The translations under genes and the position numbers were made by a program. Shown here piece after piece: positions 20,358-33,675 of a stretch of DNA of 64,000 nt. Source of the DNA: Candidatus Multivoradales bacterium (GTDB lineage: Bacteria; Acidobacteriota; Thermoanaerobaculia; Multivoradales; JAHEKO01); contig CBDCVR010000015.1 in the NCBI GenBank assembly GCA_965223155.1, forward strand, positions 288,001 through 352,000, given 5' to 3'. Each line of letters begins with the position of its first letter. The stretch's first letter is position 1. Under the pieces are notes generated by a model. It searched no databases. It was not told where the DNA came from and saw only the letters and a list, made by a program, of their open reading frames with translations.

Positions 20358-22772
20358 TCAGGGACGCCGGCCGGCGCGGCCGCGGCCGAACACTTTGGAC
20401 AGCCAGCGCCAAGGCCGGCGCCGCTCGCTGTCCACCGATCCGGAATCGACGGCGACCGCCCACTCAGGCCAATCGCCATGCAGCCGGCACAGCTGCGAGG
20501 GAACGTCCTCGGGCACGAAGTACTCGGTCAGGATCTTTGGGCAGGCATCGGTCGCCAGATCGCCGGTGGCCGGATCGACCACCGCAGTGACCACCCCCGC
20601 CGGTTGCCTGGGAAGCCCGTAGCCCGCGGCCGGACGCACCTTGGCGACGTAGCGCGCCCAGATCGGCAGCGCCGCGCGGGCACCCGAGAGCCGCGTCGGG
20701 GCGTTGTCGTCGTAGCCGACCCAGACCAGCGTCGCGAGCTCGGGCGAGAAGCCCCCGAACCAGCTGTCGCGCCGGTCGTTGGTGGTGCCGGTCTTGCCGG
20801 CCAACCGGTCCTCGATGCCCAGCTTCCGCACGCTCCTGGCAGTGCCCCGATCCAGGACCCCCTGCATCATGGTGGTCAGAACGAAGCTGATCTCCTGGCT
20901 CAGGACCCGTTCGGGCTCCGGCAACGCCTGGCCTTCGATCGCCCCCCCGGACTCGTTCAGGACTCCGCGCAGACCGTGCACGGGCGGCCTGACGCCGGCG
21001 GCGCCGAAGGTCGCGTACACCGTGGCCAGGTCGAGCGGCGTCACCTCGAAAGCGCCCAACGCCAGCGCCGGCACCCGCTCCATCGGCGTGCGCACTCCCA
21101 GAGCGCGAGCCGTTGCGATGACCTCGGGCAAGCCCACGTCTAGGGCGACCCGGACGGTCGGGATGTTGAGACTGCGCTCGAAGGCTTCGCGCACGCTCAC
21201 CCAGCCGCGGAAATCCCCGTCCGAGTTGCTCGGCGACCAGCGCCGGCCGGCCAGCGCCACCGTGATGGGCGCGTCTTCGACGAAGGAGGCGGGCGAAACC
21301 GTCCCGGCTTCCAGGGCCGCCGCGTAGACGATTGGCTTGAACGCGCTGCCGGCCTGACGGTGGGCGGTCGCGGCCCGGTCGAACTGGCTCGAGCCGTAGT
21401 CTCTGCCGCCCAGGTAGGCCCGCACGGCGCCCGTGCGCGGATCGATCGACACCAGCGCCGCCTGGAGCTCGCCGGTCCGTCCCCGGCCCTTCTCCCAGCC
21501 GGACTCGAGCGCTTCGACGCCCCAGTCCACCGCCGCTTCGGCGGCCGCCTGCATCCTGTGGTCGAGGGTCGAGAGCAGCGCCAGGCCAGCGTCTTCGATC
21601 TCTCCGACACCGAAGCGCTCCCGGGCTTCGCTCCGAACCCAATCGGCGAAGTAGGGCGCGGCGCGTAGCGGCGTCGAGCGCGGCTCGAAGCAAAGCGGCT
21701 CGGCCTTACCGCTCTCGGCGGCCTCGGCGGGCAACCACTCGAGCTCGGCCATTCGATCCAAGACCCAGTTGCGCCGCGCCAGCGCCCGCTCGGGAGCCGC
21801 CTCCGGCGAGTAGCGGCCCGGGGATCGAATGACCGCGGCCAGGAGCGCGGACTCGCACAGATCGAGCTCGGCCACGTCCTTGCCGAAATAGGCCCAGGCC
21901 GCCGCTCCCACGCCGATCACGTTGACCGAACCGTCCGAGCCCCAGTAGATCTCGTTCAGGTAGGCGCTCAGGATCGCTTCCTTGGCATAGCGGAGATCCA
22001 CCAGGACCGCCAGCAGCACCTCCCGCAGCTTCCGCGCCAGCGTGCGCTCGTGAGTCAGGAAGAGGTTCTTGACCAACTGCTGGGTCAAGGTGCTGCCTCC
22101 CTGCTGGAGCTCCCGGCCGCGCAGGTTGATCCAGAAAGCGCGGGCGATGCCACGCACCGACAACCCCGCGTGCTGGAAGAATCCGGCGTCTTCCGCGGCC
22201 AGGACTGCATGAATCAGAGACTGGGGAACGCGTTCGAGAGCCACCGGCCGCTTGTCGCGCCGGTCCTCCCCCAGGAAGGTGGTCAGGATCACCGGCTCGA
22301 GCTCGGCCCGGAGTACTTCCTGCCCGGCCCACGAGATCGCTTGCACCCGATCGCGGGCGAAGCGAACGCTCAGCCGGGCCGGCGCCAGCCAGCCGTCGGC
22401 CGTGGGACGCCGCCTCAGGAACACCTCGAGCTCACGGCCGCTCCAGCGAAACTCCCCGGTCCGCTCCGGCTGGCTCTCGACCTTCCGGTAGCCCAGACGG
22501 GCCAGCTCGTCCAGGAGCTCACCCGATCGAACCCGGGCGCCGAGCTCCAGGTCCATTGCCCGGGCGTACAGCCGCGAAGGCTGCTCCGAGCGCACCGCCT
22601 CGAGCTGGGTCGCAAGCTGCCAAAACGGCCAGATCAGCCAGCCCGCGGCGACCAGGGCGGCCACCAAGGCGGCGCCTCCGACGACTCGCCAGTGCCGGCC
22701 GAGCCAAGCCACAGGCCCGCCCGGGGCGGACTTCTTCGTGTTCCGCCGCGCGCCTCGCCGTTTCCGAGTCAT
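20358..22772 (-). CDS. mrcB: Class A penicillin-binding protein (PBP1B-like)
   Basis: N-term TM and UB2H-like region; AEDAGF, GGSTLTQQL, YLNEIY; GSAFK, SLN, KTGT. Confidence 0.9.
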   Translation of the reverse strand: MTRKRRGARRNTKKSAPGGPVAWLGRHWRVVGGAALVAALVAAGWLIWPFWQLATQLEAVRSEQPSRLYARAMDLELGARVRSGELLDELARLGYRKVESQPERTGEFRWSGRELEVFLRRRPTADGWLAPARLSVRFARDRVQAISWAGQEVLRAELEPVILTTFLGEDRRDKRPVALERVPQSLIHAVLAAEDAGFFQHAGLSVRGIARAFWINLRGRELQQGGSTLTQQLVKNLFLTHERTLARKLREVLLAVLVDLRYAKEAILSAYLNEIYWGSDGSVNVIGVGAAAWAYFGKDVAELDLCESALLAAVIRSPGRYSPEAAPERALARRNWVLDRMAELEWLPAEAAESGKAEPLCFEPRSTPLRAAPYFADWVRSEARERFGVGEIEDAGLALLSTLDHRMQAAAEAAVDWGVEALESGWEKGRGRTGELQAALVSIDPRTGAVRAYLGGRDYGSSQFDRAATAHRQAGSAFKPIVYAAALEAGTVSPASFVEDAPITVALAGRRWSPSNSDGDFRGWVSVREAFERSLNIPTVRVALDVGLPEVIATARALGVRTPMERVPALALGAFEVTPLDLATVYATFGAAGVRPPVHGLRGVLNESGGAIEGQALPEPERVLSQEISFVLTTMMQGVLDRGTARSVRKLGIEDRLAGKTGTTNDRRDSWFGGFSPELATLVWVGYDDNAPTRLSGARAALPIWARYVAKVRPAAGYGLPRQPAGVVTAVVDPATGDLATDACPKILTEYFVPEDVPSQLCRLHGDWPEWAVAVDSGSVDSERRRPWRWLSKVFGRGRAGRRP

Positions 22773-22836
22773 GCCGGGCCCCGAAAAGTGCAACTTCCAC
22801 GCCACCTTACGGGCCGCGTGCTATCCTCCCCGCCCC

Positions 22837-24759
22837 ATGATCTCGGTGTCGGGCCTGGCCAAGAGTTTCGGGTCCCAGATCCTGTTCCGAGACGTCACCG
22901 TCCAGCTCAACCCGGGAGAGCGATACGGGCTGGTGGGAGCCAACGGCGCCGGCAAGTCGACGCTGCTGCGCATCCTGACCGGCGACGAGCCGCCCAGCGA
23001 AGGCACGGTCTCGATCGCCAAGAAGCTGAGGCTCGGAGTCTTGCGCCAGGATCACTTCGCCTTCGAGGACAAGCGCATCCTGGACGTGGCGCTGATGGGA
23101 GACCCGATCCTGTATGGCGCGATGGAGGAGAAGGAACGCCTGCTCGAGAACGCCGATCGGGAGTTCGACGCCGAGCGCTACGCCGAGCTGGAAGAGATCA
23201 TCCTCGCCAACGACGGGTACAGCGCCGAGGCCCGAGCCGGCGAGATTCTCGAGGGCCTCGGCATCGTCAGCGCCGTCCACCAGCAGCCCCTGTCGACGCT
23301 TTCCGGCGGCTTCAAGCTCCGTGTCCTGCTGGCCCAAACGCTCGCCGCCCAGCCCGACGCGCTGCTCTTGGACGAGCCCACGAACCATCTCGACATCCTG
23401 TCGATTCGGTGGCTCGAGAAGTTCCTGCAGAGCTTCCCCGGCGTGGTGACGGTCATCTCCCACGACCATCGCTTCCTGGACAATGTCGCCACCTACATCC
23501 TGGATTTCGATTACGAGACGGTCACTCTGTACAAAGGCGCCTACACCGACTTCCAGCGGCAGAAGACCGAGGCGCGCGAGCGCAAGGAAAAGGAGATCGA
23601 CAAGCGCGAGCGCGAGATCGCCCATCACAAGGCCTTCGTCGACCGCTTCCGAGCCAAAGCCACCAAGGCGCGCCAGGCCAAGAGCAAACAGAAGGTGCTG
23701 GACCGCATCGTGCTCGAGCCGCTGCCCCAGAGCTCGCGCCGCTATCCCCGCTTCCGCTTCGACCAGGTGCGGGCGAGCGGACGGGAGGTCCTGGGCCTCG
23801 AAGGCATCGGCAAGGCCTTCGGAGACAACGTCGTGCTGCGCGACGTCGGGCTGAGCGTCGAGCGCGGCGACCGGCTGGCGATCATCGGCCCCAACGGAAT
23901 CGGCAAGTCGACCTTGCTCAAGATCGCCATGGGCGAGCTCGAGCCCGACACCGGGACCGTCGCATGGGGCTACGAGGCCCACCCCGGCTACTTTGCCCAG
24001 GACCACCACCAGTCCCTCGAGCCGGCCAAGGCCACGATCGAGAGCTGGCTCTGGGAATTCTGCCCCGGCGAGCCGGTGGGCTTCGTCCGTGGCCAGCTGG
24101 CCGCGGTCCTGTTCCGCAAGGACGAGGTCGACAAGCGCCTCGGCAGCCTGTCCGGGGGCGAAGCGGCGCGGCTGGTCTTCGCCCGGCTAGCGGTCGAAAA
24201 GCCCAACGTCATGGTTCTGGACGAGCCCACCAATCATCTCGACCTCGAGGCCATCGAGGCCCTGGTGCACGGCCTCGAGGCGTTCCCCGGAACCCTGATC
24301 CTGGTATCGCACGACCGCTGGTTCGTTTCCCGGTTGGCCAACCGGATTCTGGAGATCACGGCCTCAGGCATCCGCGACTACCGCGGAACCTACGAGGAGT
24401 ACGTCACCGACTGCGGCGACGACCACCTGGACGCCGAGGTGGTCCTGCGCCAAGCCAGGAAGAGGTCCAAGAAGGCGGGCTCCTCACGCCCGGCGGGCGC
24501 GTCCGAGGCGAAGCGGCGGAAGCTGACCACGGAGCGCGACCGGCTGGCCGAGAGCATCGAACGGGCCGAGACTCGGATCCACGAGATCAACGAGACCTTC
24601 TGCGACCCCAGCTACTTCGAGCGCACTCCCCAGAAAGCCGTCCGCAAGCTCGAGCAAGAACAGGTCGAGCTCAAGGCCCGGATCGAGACCTGGATGTCCG
24701 AATGGGAGCAAGCCGAGTCCGCCCTGGAGGCGCTCGAGGACCCTAAGGCCATCGGCTAG
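22837..24759 (+). CDS. ABC-F family ATPase with C-terminal coiled coil
   Basis: Two ABC domains (GANGAGKST/LSGG/DEPTNHLD; GPNGIGKST/LSGGE/DEPTNHLD), no TM segments. Confidence 0.95.
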   Translation: MISVSGLAKSFGSQILFRDVTVQLNPGERYGLVGANGAGKSTLLRILTGDEPPSEGTVSIAKKLRLGVLRQDHFAFEDKRILDVALMGDPILYGAMEEKERLLENADREFDAERYAELEEIILANDGYSAEARAGEILEGLGIVSAVHQQPLSTLSGGFKLRVLLAQTLAAQPDALLLDEPTNHLDILSIRWLEKFLQSFPGVVTVISHDHRFLDNVATYILDFDYETVTLYKGAYTDFQRQKTEARERKEKEIDKREREIAHHKAFVDRFRAKATKARQAKSKQKVLDRIVLEPLPQSSRRYPRFRFDQVRASGREVLGLEGIGKAFGDNVVLRDVGLSVERGDRLAIIGPNGIGKSTLLKIAMGELEPDTGTVAWGYEAHPGYFAQDHHQSLEPAKATIESWLWEFCPGEPVGFVRGQLAAVLFRKDEVDKRLGSLSGGEAARLVFARLAVEKPNVMVLDEPTNHLDLEAIEALVHGLEAFPGTLILVSHDRWFVSRLANRILEITASGIRDYRGTYEEYVTDCGDDHLDAEVVLRQARKRSKKAGSSRPAGASEAKRRKLTTERDRLAESIERAETRIHEINETFCDPSYFERTPQKAVRKLEQEQVELKARIETWMSEWEQAESALEALEDPKAIG

Positions 24760-24855
24760 GCCCGATCGGTTGGGCCGACTGGCTGACCCGCGATCAGCAC
24801 GTCCAATCGTCGTCCCAAGCGGCAGTAGGCGCCTGGCAATCTGGGTTCGACCGCG

Positions 24856-27800
24856 TCAGTTCCTTCCGCTCGGCAGTGCGACCTTGCGTCCTGGCGTCCA
24901 AGGCGCGCCGGCGGCCTCGAGCCGCTCCTCGTAGGCTGGCAGCCTCGTCTCCAGGAGCTCGATCAGCTCGGCACCGACCTCGACGAACTGGGTGCGCGCG
25001 ATCGCCAGGCTGTCCCGCTGGGTCGCGGTCGGCGGCTGCCGCGTGTTCCAAGTGCCGCCGGCCACCTGGCCGACGCGGCGTGAGATTGTCGGCGTCGAGG
25101 GCTCGTCGTGACGCCCCAGGACACGGTCACCGAGAAGCTTCAAACGCAGGCCGGCAACCGCGGCCTCGAGCTCGGCCAGGCCGGTCCACAGATCGGCGTC
25201 GGCTGCCGGAGCCTCGACCAGGGCCGCGCGGATATGGCGCAACCTCTCCTCAGCCCGCTGGATCTCTTGACCGGCGCCCGCCACCCGCCGTGCCAGGTCG
25301 GCGGTCTCCTGATGGAACGCCGTCAGCACGCCAAAGTCGGGCTCGCCCAGGCTGAAGCTCGGCACCGGCCGCACTGCAAACGACCGGGGCTCGGCCGCCG
25401 GCCGCACGCCGGCGCCCGTCACCAGTGCCATCTCCACGGTATACGTCCCGGGAGGAGCGAGCGGACCCTGGGGATCGCTGTGCCACGGCGGCCTGAAGCC
25501 GGGGGTTGTCAGGCTCACCGGATCCGGCGGCGGGCGGCGGAGGTCCCAACTCACCCTGTGAATGCCCTTCTTCGCCGGACCCTCGATCAGCCGCACCGGC
25601 GAGCCCGCCGCGTCCCGCACCGTCAGCAGCACCTTGGGCCCGTGCTCGAGTGCCTCGTCTCGGAGCGTTTCCCAGCCGGGGAAGGGCACGTCCCTGCCCT
25701 CCTCGGCCAGCTCGCTCTCCCCACTCTTGCGGGCGTCCTTGGCGGTCTCGAGATCCTTCTCGAGGTAGTAGGAAATGACCGCGCCGAAGGGAGGATTGGG
25801 CGCGGTGTAGTCGTCGCTCCCAAGCGACGGCTTGCCCTTGGCCTGCCCCGGCACCCACGGCACGTACCACCAGGCATCGCGGACCGAAAAAAGCGCGGCT
25901 TCACCCGCCAGCGCGCCCGCGGCGATCTCGCGCAAGGCCGAGTAGTCGTCGAGCACGTAGAAACCGCGGCCGAAGGTAGCGCCCACCAGGTCGTCGTCCC
26001 TGCGTTGGATCGCGAGATCCCGAAACGAGATCGTGGGCGCGCCGGCGAGCCGGCTCCAGTCCTCGCCGCCGTCGAGCGAAACGTAGAGCCCGAACTCGGT
26101 GCCGGCGAACAGCAGCTCCGGCGTGACGTGGTCCTGCGCCAGAGACCAGACCACGCCCCGCTCGGGCAGATCGCCGGAGATCGAGCGCCAGCTACGGCCC
26201 CGGTCGCGGCTCTCGACGACGAGCGGCCGCAAGTCGCCCTCCTTGTGGGCGTCGAGAACCGCGAAGACGGTATCGGCGTCATGGAGCGAAGCCACGACAT
26301 CGTTGACAAAGGCAAGCTCGGGCACGTCCCGTACCGCGGCCGCGCGGCGCCAGGTGGCGCCGCCGTCCTCGCTCACCTGGACCAGACCGTCGTCGGTGCC
26401 GGCGTAGAGCAGCCCTTCGACGAGCGGCGATTCGGAGACCGCGCTGACAGTCGAGTACCAGGACATCGCTCCGTTGTCGTAGAGCGCATCGATGCTCCTC
26501 ACCCGGCCCGCGACCGGCAGCTCGTAGCGATTCCGGCCGCGAGTCAGATCGCCGCTGACCGCGGTCCAGGAATCACCGCGGTCGTCGCTGCGCCAAAGCC
26601 GCTGGGAAGCGAAGTACAGACGCGTCGAGGCGTGCGGACTGACGATCAGAGGCGCGTCCCAGTTCCAGCGCTCCGGCGGCTCGCCTGGAGCCGGCACCGG
26701 CTGGATGTCGAGGTTCTCGCCGCTGGCACGGTCCCAGCGCTGGAGCCGGCCCACCTGCCACTCCATGTAGGCGATCGACGGGTTCTCGGGATCGAAGGCG
26801 CAAGCGTAGCCGTCGGCGCCGAGGGGTACGAACCAGTCGCCGTTGCGGACCCCCTCGGCGTTGGTCGTGCGCGAGGGTCCGAAAAGGGTGCCGAGGTCCT
26901 GAGCGCCGCCCAAGATGTTGTAGAAGGGCTCCGAGTTGTCCAGGGCCAGCTTGTAGAACTGGGAGATCGGTAGGTTGGGAAACTGGCGCCAGGTAGCGCC
27001 GTCGTCGAAGCTCTCGTACAAGCTCGCGTCGGTGCCCGCCAAGAGGTGCCTCGGGTCGTCCGGGTCGATCCAGAGGGCGTGGTTGTCGCTGTGCTTCTGC
27101 CGGCCGTCGCCCAGCACCTCGAAGTTGGCGCCGCCGTCGCGAGTCACGTGCAGGAAGACGTCCATCTGGTAGACGGTGTCAACGTCGTGAGGCGAGGCCT
27201 CGATTTCCTGGTAGTAGTGCGGACCGGTGCCGTTCGAGATGTAGCCGTTGCGCCGGCTCCAGCTCTCGCCGCGGTCCACGGAGCGGTAGAGGCCACGATT
27301 GTCCTCGTCGGCCTCGATCGTCGCATACACGACCGACGGATCGGCCGGCGAGACGGCGAGGCCGATCTTGCCCATGTCGCCATCGGGCAGCCCGGTCGCG
27401 ATGCGGCGCCAGGTCTCACCACCGTCGGTCGACTTGTGAATCCCCGAGCCCGGGCCGCCGGCGAGATGCGACCAGACCTGGCGGCGCCGCTCGTAGGTGG
27501 CCGCGTACAGGACGCGCGGGTTGCCGGGCTCGATCTCGACGTCGGTCACACCGGTGTTTTCATCCACCGTCAGGACCGAACGCCAAGTCTCGCCGCCGTC
27601 GGTGGTCTTGAACAGACCCCGGTCGCCCCCGGCCGACCAGAGCGGCCCTTCCGCCGCGACCCAGACGGTGTCGCCATCCTCGGGATGAACGACAACCTTG
27701 CCAACGTGCTGGGATTCCGCGAGCCCCATGTTGCGCCACGTCGCTCCACCGTCCAGACTCTTGTAAACGCCGTCGCCCCAGCTCACGTGACGTCCGCTGA

Positions 27801-28155
27801 CGTTCTCGCCCGTGCCCACCCAAACGACGTTCGGGCTGGACGGATCCAAGGTCACCGAGCCCGTGGAATAGACCGCCTGGTCGCCGAAGATCGGGTCCCA
27901 GGTGACACCGGCGTTCTTCGTCTTCCAGACTCCGCCCGAACCGACCGCCAGATACCAGGTGCTGGAGTCGTCCGGATGAACCGCGATGTCGGCAATCCGG
28001 CCGCCCATGAGCGCCGGGCCGATCGAACGCAGCTCGAGGCCGGCCAGGACTTCGGCATCTGCCAGGCCCTCCCCGGCAGCCGAAACGCCGGAAACGAAGA
28101 CGAGAAGGAGAAGGAACACCGCAGACAGCGACACGGGCAGGGAGCGGTTGCGCAA
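24856..28155 (-). CDS. Secreted BNR/VPS10 repeat glycosyl hydrolase-like beta-propeller protein
   Basis: SD AGGAGG plus TTG start at 28155, signal peptide, RSIGPALMGGRI, many SxDGGxTW Asp-boxes. Confidence 0.9.
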   Translation of the reverse strand: MRNRSLPVSLSAVFLLLLVFVSGVSAAGEGLADAEVLAGLELRSIGPALMGGRIADIAVHPDDSSTWYLAVGSGGVWKTKNAGVTWDPIFGDQAVYSTGSVTLDPSSPNVVWVGTGENVSGRHVSWGDGVYKSLDGGATWRNMGLAESQHVGKVVVHPEDGDTVWVAAEGPLWSAGGDRGLFKTTDGGETWRSVLTVDENTGVTDVEIEPGNPRVLYAATYERRRQVWSHLAGGPGSGIHKSTDGGETWRRIATGLPDGDMGKIGLAVSPADPSVVYATIEADEDNRGLYRSVDRGESWSRRNGYISNGTGPHYYQEIEASPHDVDTVYQMDVFLHVTRDGGANFEVLGDGRQKHSDNHALWIDPDDPRHLLAGTDASLYESFDDGATWRQFPNLPISQFYKLALDNSEPFYNILGGAQDLGTLFGPSRTTNAEGVRNGDWFVPLGADGYACAFDPENPSIAYMEWQVGRLQRWDRASGENLDIQPVPAPGEPPERWNWDAPLIVSPHASTRLYFASQRLWRSDDRGDSWTAVSGDLTRGRNRYELPVAGRVRSIDALYDNGAMSWYSTVSAVSESPLVEGLLYAGTDDGLVQVSEDGGATWRRAAAVRDVPELAFVNDVVASLHDADTVFAVLDAHKEGDLRPLVVESRDRGRSWRSISGDLPERGVVWSLAQDHVTPELLFAGTEFGLYVSLDGGEDWSRLAGAPTISFRDLAIQRRDDDLVGATFGRGFYVLDDYSALREIAAGALAGEAALFSVRDAWWYVPWVPGQAKGKPSLGSDDYTAPNPPFGAVISYYLEKDLETAKDARKSGESELAEEGRDVPFPGWETLRDEALEHGPKVLLTVRDAAGSPVRLIEGPAKKGIHRVSWDLRRPPPDPVSLTTPGFRPPWHSDPQGPLAPPGTYTVEMALVTGAGVRPAAEPRSFAVRPVPSFSLGEPDFGVLTAFHQETADLARRVAGAGQEIQRAEERLRHIRAALVEAPAADADLWTGLAELEAAVAGLRLKLLGDRVLGRHDEPSTPTISRRVGQVAGGTWNTRQPPTATQRDSLAIARTQFVEVGAELIELLETRLPAYEERLEAAGAPWTPGRKVALPSGRN

Positions 28156-28384
28156 GAAACACCTCCTGGTTCTGAAGCTCGGGACGCCCGAGCCTATCTC
28201 GCCGCTGGCGTCCCGATCGGGAGGTTTGTCGCTCGGTCCCCCCATTGGCCACCACGTCCGGAACCGAAGGACTCGGACCTCCTGGGAGGTCGTCGAGGCA
28301 AACGGGCCACCTCTTCCGAAGCTCGAGCCCGCGGCAGCCGGCACCTCCTTGGCGCTTGCCGGAAACCTCCTCTTCAGCAAGCCC

Positions 28385-31882
<3,498 letters not shown>

Positions 31883-31928
31883 GACGAATCCTCCGCTTCT
31901 CGCACTACGAAGCGGCTCGTCGCCCGCC

Positions 31929-32054
31929 GGACACTTAGTTGCCGCCAAGATCGTTTGGCGACCACATCCCCGCTGCTGTTGCGGCGGGTTGGCACCTTGG
32001 GTGTCCGCCCCAGGTTGCCGAGTTCGACTCGAGATCGAACCGCTCCGAATGCGG
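31929..32054 (-). ncRNA. SAM-I/IV riboswitch upstream of metH
   Basis: Minus strand: P1 CCGCAU/AUGUGG, short P2 GUUCGA/UCGAAC, GGCAACC...AAGGUGCC P3 core, P4, P5 CGCCAA/UUGGCG, PK-2 GGACAC/GUGUCC. Confidence 0.88.
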
Positions 32055-32058
32055 ACTC

Positions 32059-32087
32059 AGGCTAGCTTACGGGTTTCGCCGTGTCAA
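32059..32087 (-). promoter_or_regulatory. Sigma70-like promoter for the riboswitch-metH transcript
   Basis: TTGACA (32087-32082), 17 nt spacer, TAGCCT (32064-32059). Confidence 0.65.
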
Positions 32088-32136
32088 CGCGCCGGGCGGC
32101 CGCGGCCTACCGGCCGAGCCTTGGAGGGCAATCCGG

Positions 32137-33093
32137 CTAGAGATCCAGGCCGTCCAGGACCCGGGACACCGCCCGCGCGCTCTGCATCACGTAGAAGTGC
32201 ACCGAGGGCACGCCCCGGTTGAGCAGTTCTTCGGTCTGCTTGCGGGCCCAGTCGATCCCGATCTCCTGAACCTCGCGCTTGTCGGCCGCGTCGACCACGG
32301 CGTCGGCCAGAGCGGCCGGCAGCTCGCAATGGAAGAGCTTGGGCAGGGTCGATACGTGGCGCTTCGTGGTCAAGACCTTGATGCCCGGAATGATGGGGAC
32401 GTCGATGCCAAAGCTGCGGCAGCGGTCGACGTACTCGAAGTAGTGCTCGTTGTTGAAGAACATCTGGGTGACGATGTACGCGCCGCCCGCTTCGACCTTG
32501 TTCTTAGTGTGCCGCAGATCGGTGTCCAGATTGGGCGCCTCGAAGTGCTTCTCGGGGTAGCCGGCCACGCCCACGCAGAAGTTCGAGGGCTCGGCGTCGA
32601 TCAGGGTCTCCCCCTCGAGATACCGGCCTTGATTCATGCCTACGATCTGCTCGACCAGATCGGCCGCGAACCGGTTGGCCGAACGGCCCGGCTGGATCGG
32701 CTTCTGGTAGCCGTTGTCGTCGCCTTTGATCGCCAGCACGTTCTGGATTCCCAGGTACTTCAACTCGATCAGGAAGTCCTCGGTCTCCTCGCGCGTGAAT
32801 CCCTGGCAGAGCACGTGCGGCACCGCGTCGATCTCGTACTTGTTCTGCACCAGGGCGCAGATGCCGAGAGTGCCCGGGCGCTTGCGCTTGATCACCCTCC
32901 GGATCCCATCCTCGGTCTCGTTGTAGATCACCTGAGCCGCGTGGCTGGTGATGTCGATGAAGGGCGGCCGGTACTTGGACAGATCCTCGATCAGCTCGAG
33001 GACCTTGCGCAGATTGCCGCCGCGCAGGGGCGGAATGATCTCGAAGCTGATGAGCGGCTTGCCGGCGCCCTCGAGATGCTCGATGACTTTCAT
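32137..33093 (-). CDS. metF: Methylenetetrahydrofolate reductase
   Basis: SFEIIPP, VPHVLC, VAGYPEKH, IVTQMFF, IIPGI, VHFY. Confidence 0.95.
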   Translation of the reverse strand: MKVIEHLEGAGKPLISFEIIPPLRGGNLRKVLELIEDLSKYRPPFIDITSHAAQVIYNETEDGIRRVIKRKRPGTLGICALVQNKYEIDAVPHVLCQGFTREETEDFLIELKYLGIQNVLAIKGDDNGYQKPIQPGRSANRFAADLVEQIVGMNQGRYLEGETLIDAEPSNFCVGVAGYPEKHFEAPNLDTDLRHTKNKVEAGGAYIVTQMFFNNEHYFEYVDRCRSFGIDVPIIPGIKVLTTKRHVSTLPKLFHCELPAALADAVVDAADKREVQEIGIDWARKQTEELLNRGVPSVHFYVMQSARAVSRVLDGLDL

Positions 33094-33115
33094 GGTCTCG
33101 TCCGGGAGTCTCGTT

Positions 33116-33595
33116 TCATCCTATCCGGCCCTCGCCGCGAGTGCCGGGCGGCGCAGTATACGGCAGCTCGCGGCGCCGCCACGGTAGAAAGCCGACCGCG
33201 AGTCCGAGCCAGCCCGCCAGGACGTCGATGAGCTCGAAGCCGCGGTGGGGCACCGGGATCTGGAGGACTTCCAAAGCAACGCAGAAGACGGCCAGGATCC
33301 AGAGCCACGGGCGCAGGCGAGCCGCGCCAAGCGCGGGACCTGGATCGGAAGCTCGACCCGCCCCGAGCCAGCCGCGACTGACGAGGATCGCCTGGACGAG
33401 AAACAGGATCACGTGCGCCGAGAGCTCCAGGGCCTCGATCCAACGCTCGTCCGCTTCCTTCCCGATCGGGACCGGAGAACCGGGCATCAGGAGCAGCACA
33501 GTGGTCCCGACCGCCCACAGCCCGGCCGCCGCCCGCCACAATCCCGCACGGCCCGGCCGGCTGAGTGGCGCACCTTCGCTCGACTCGATCGCCAT
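33116..33595 (-). CDS. VanZ-like membrane protein
   Basis: 4 TM; AHVILF and LEVLQIPVPHRGFELIDVLAGWLG (E-x2-Q-x-P-R...D motif). Confidence 0.75.
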   Translation of the reverse strand: MAIESSEGAPLSRPGRAGLWRAAAGLWAVGTTVLLLMPGSPVPIGKEADERWIEALELSAHVILFLVQAILVSRGWLGAGRASDPGPALGAARLRPWLWILAVFCVALEVLQIPVPHRGFELIDVLAGWLGLAVGFLPWRRRELPYTAPPGTRGEGRIG

Positions 33596-33675
33596 CCTTT
33601 CCTTTCCGCGTGTGATGGAATTCAGTGGTTCGGCCGATGATTTGGGAAAATCGGTCGACCGGCCCGTCGTTTCGC

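Noticed and set aside
26100-27950. Recurring gccgccgtc-type DNA repeats
   Set aside because: They encode BNR/Asp-box protein repeats (SxDGGxTW), not a DNA repeat array.
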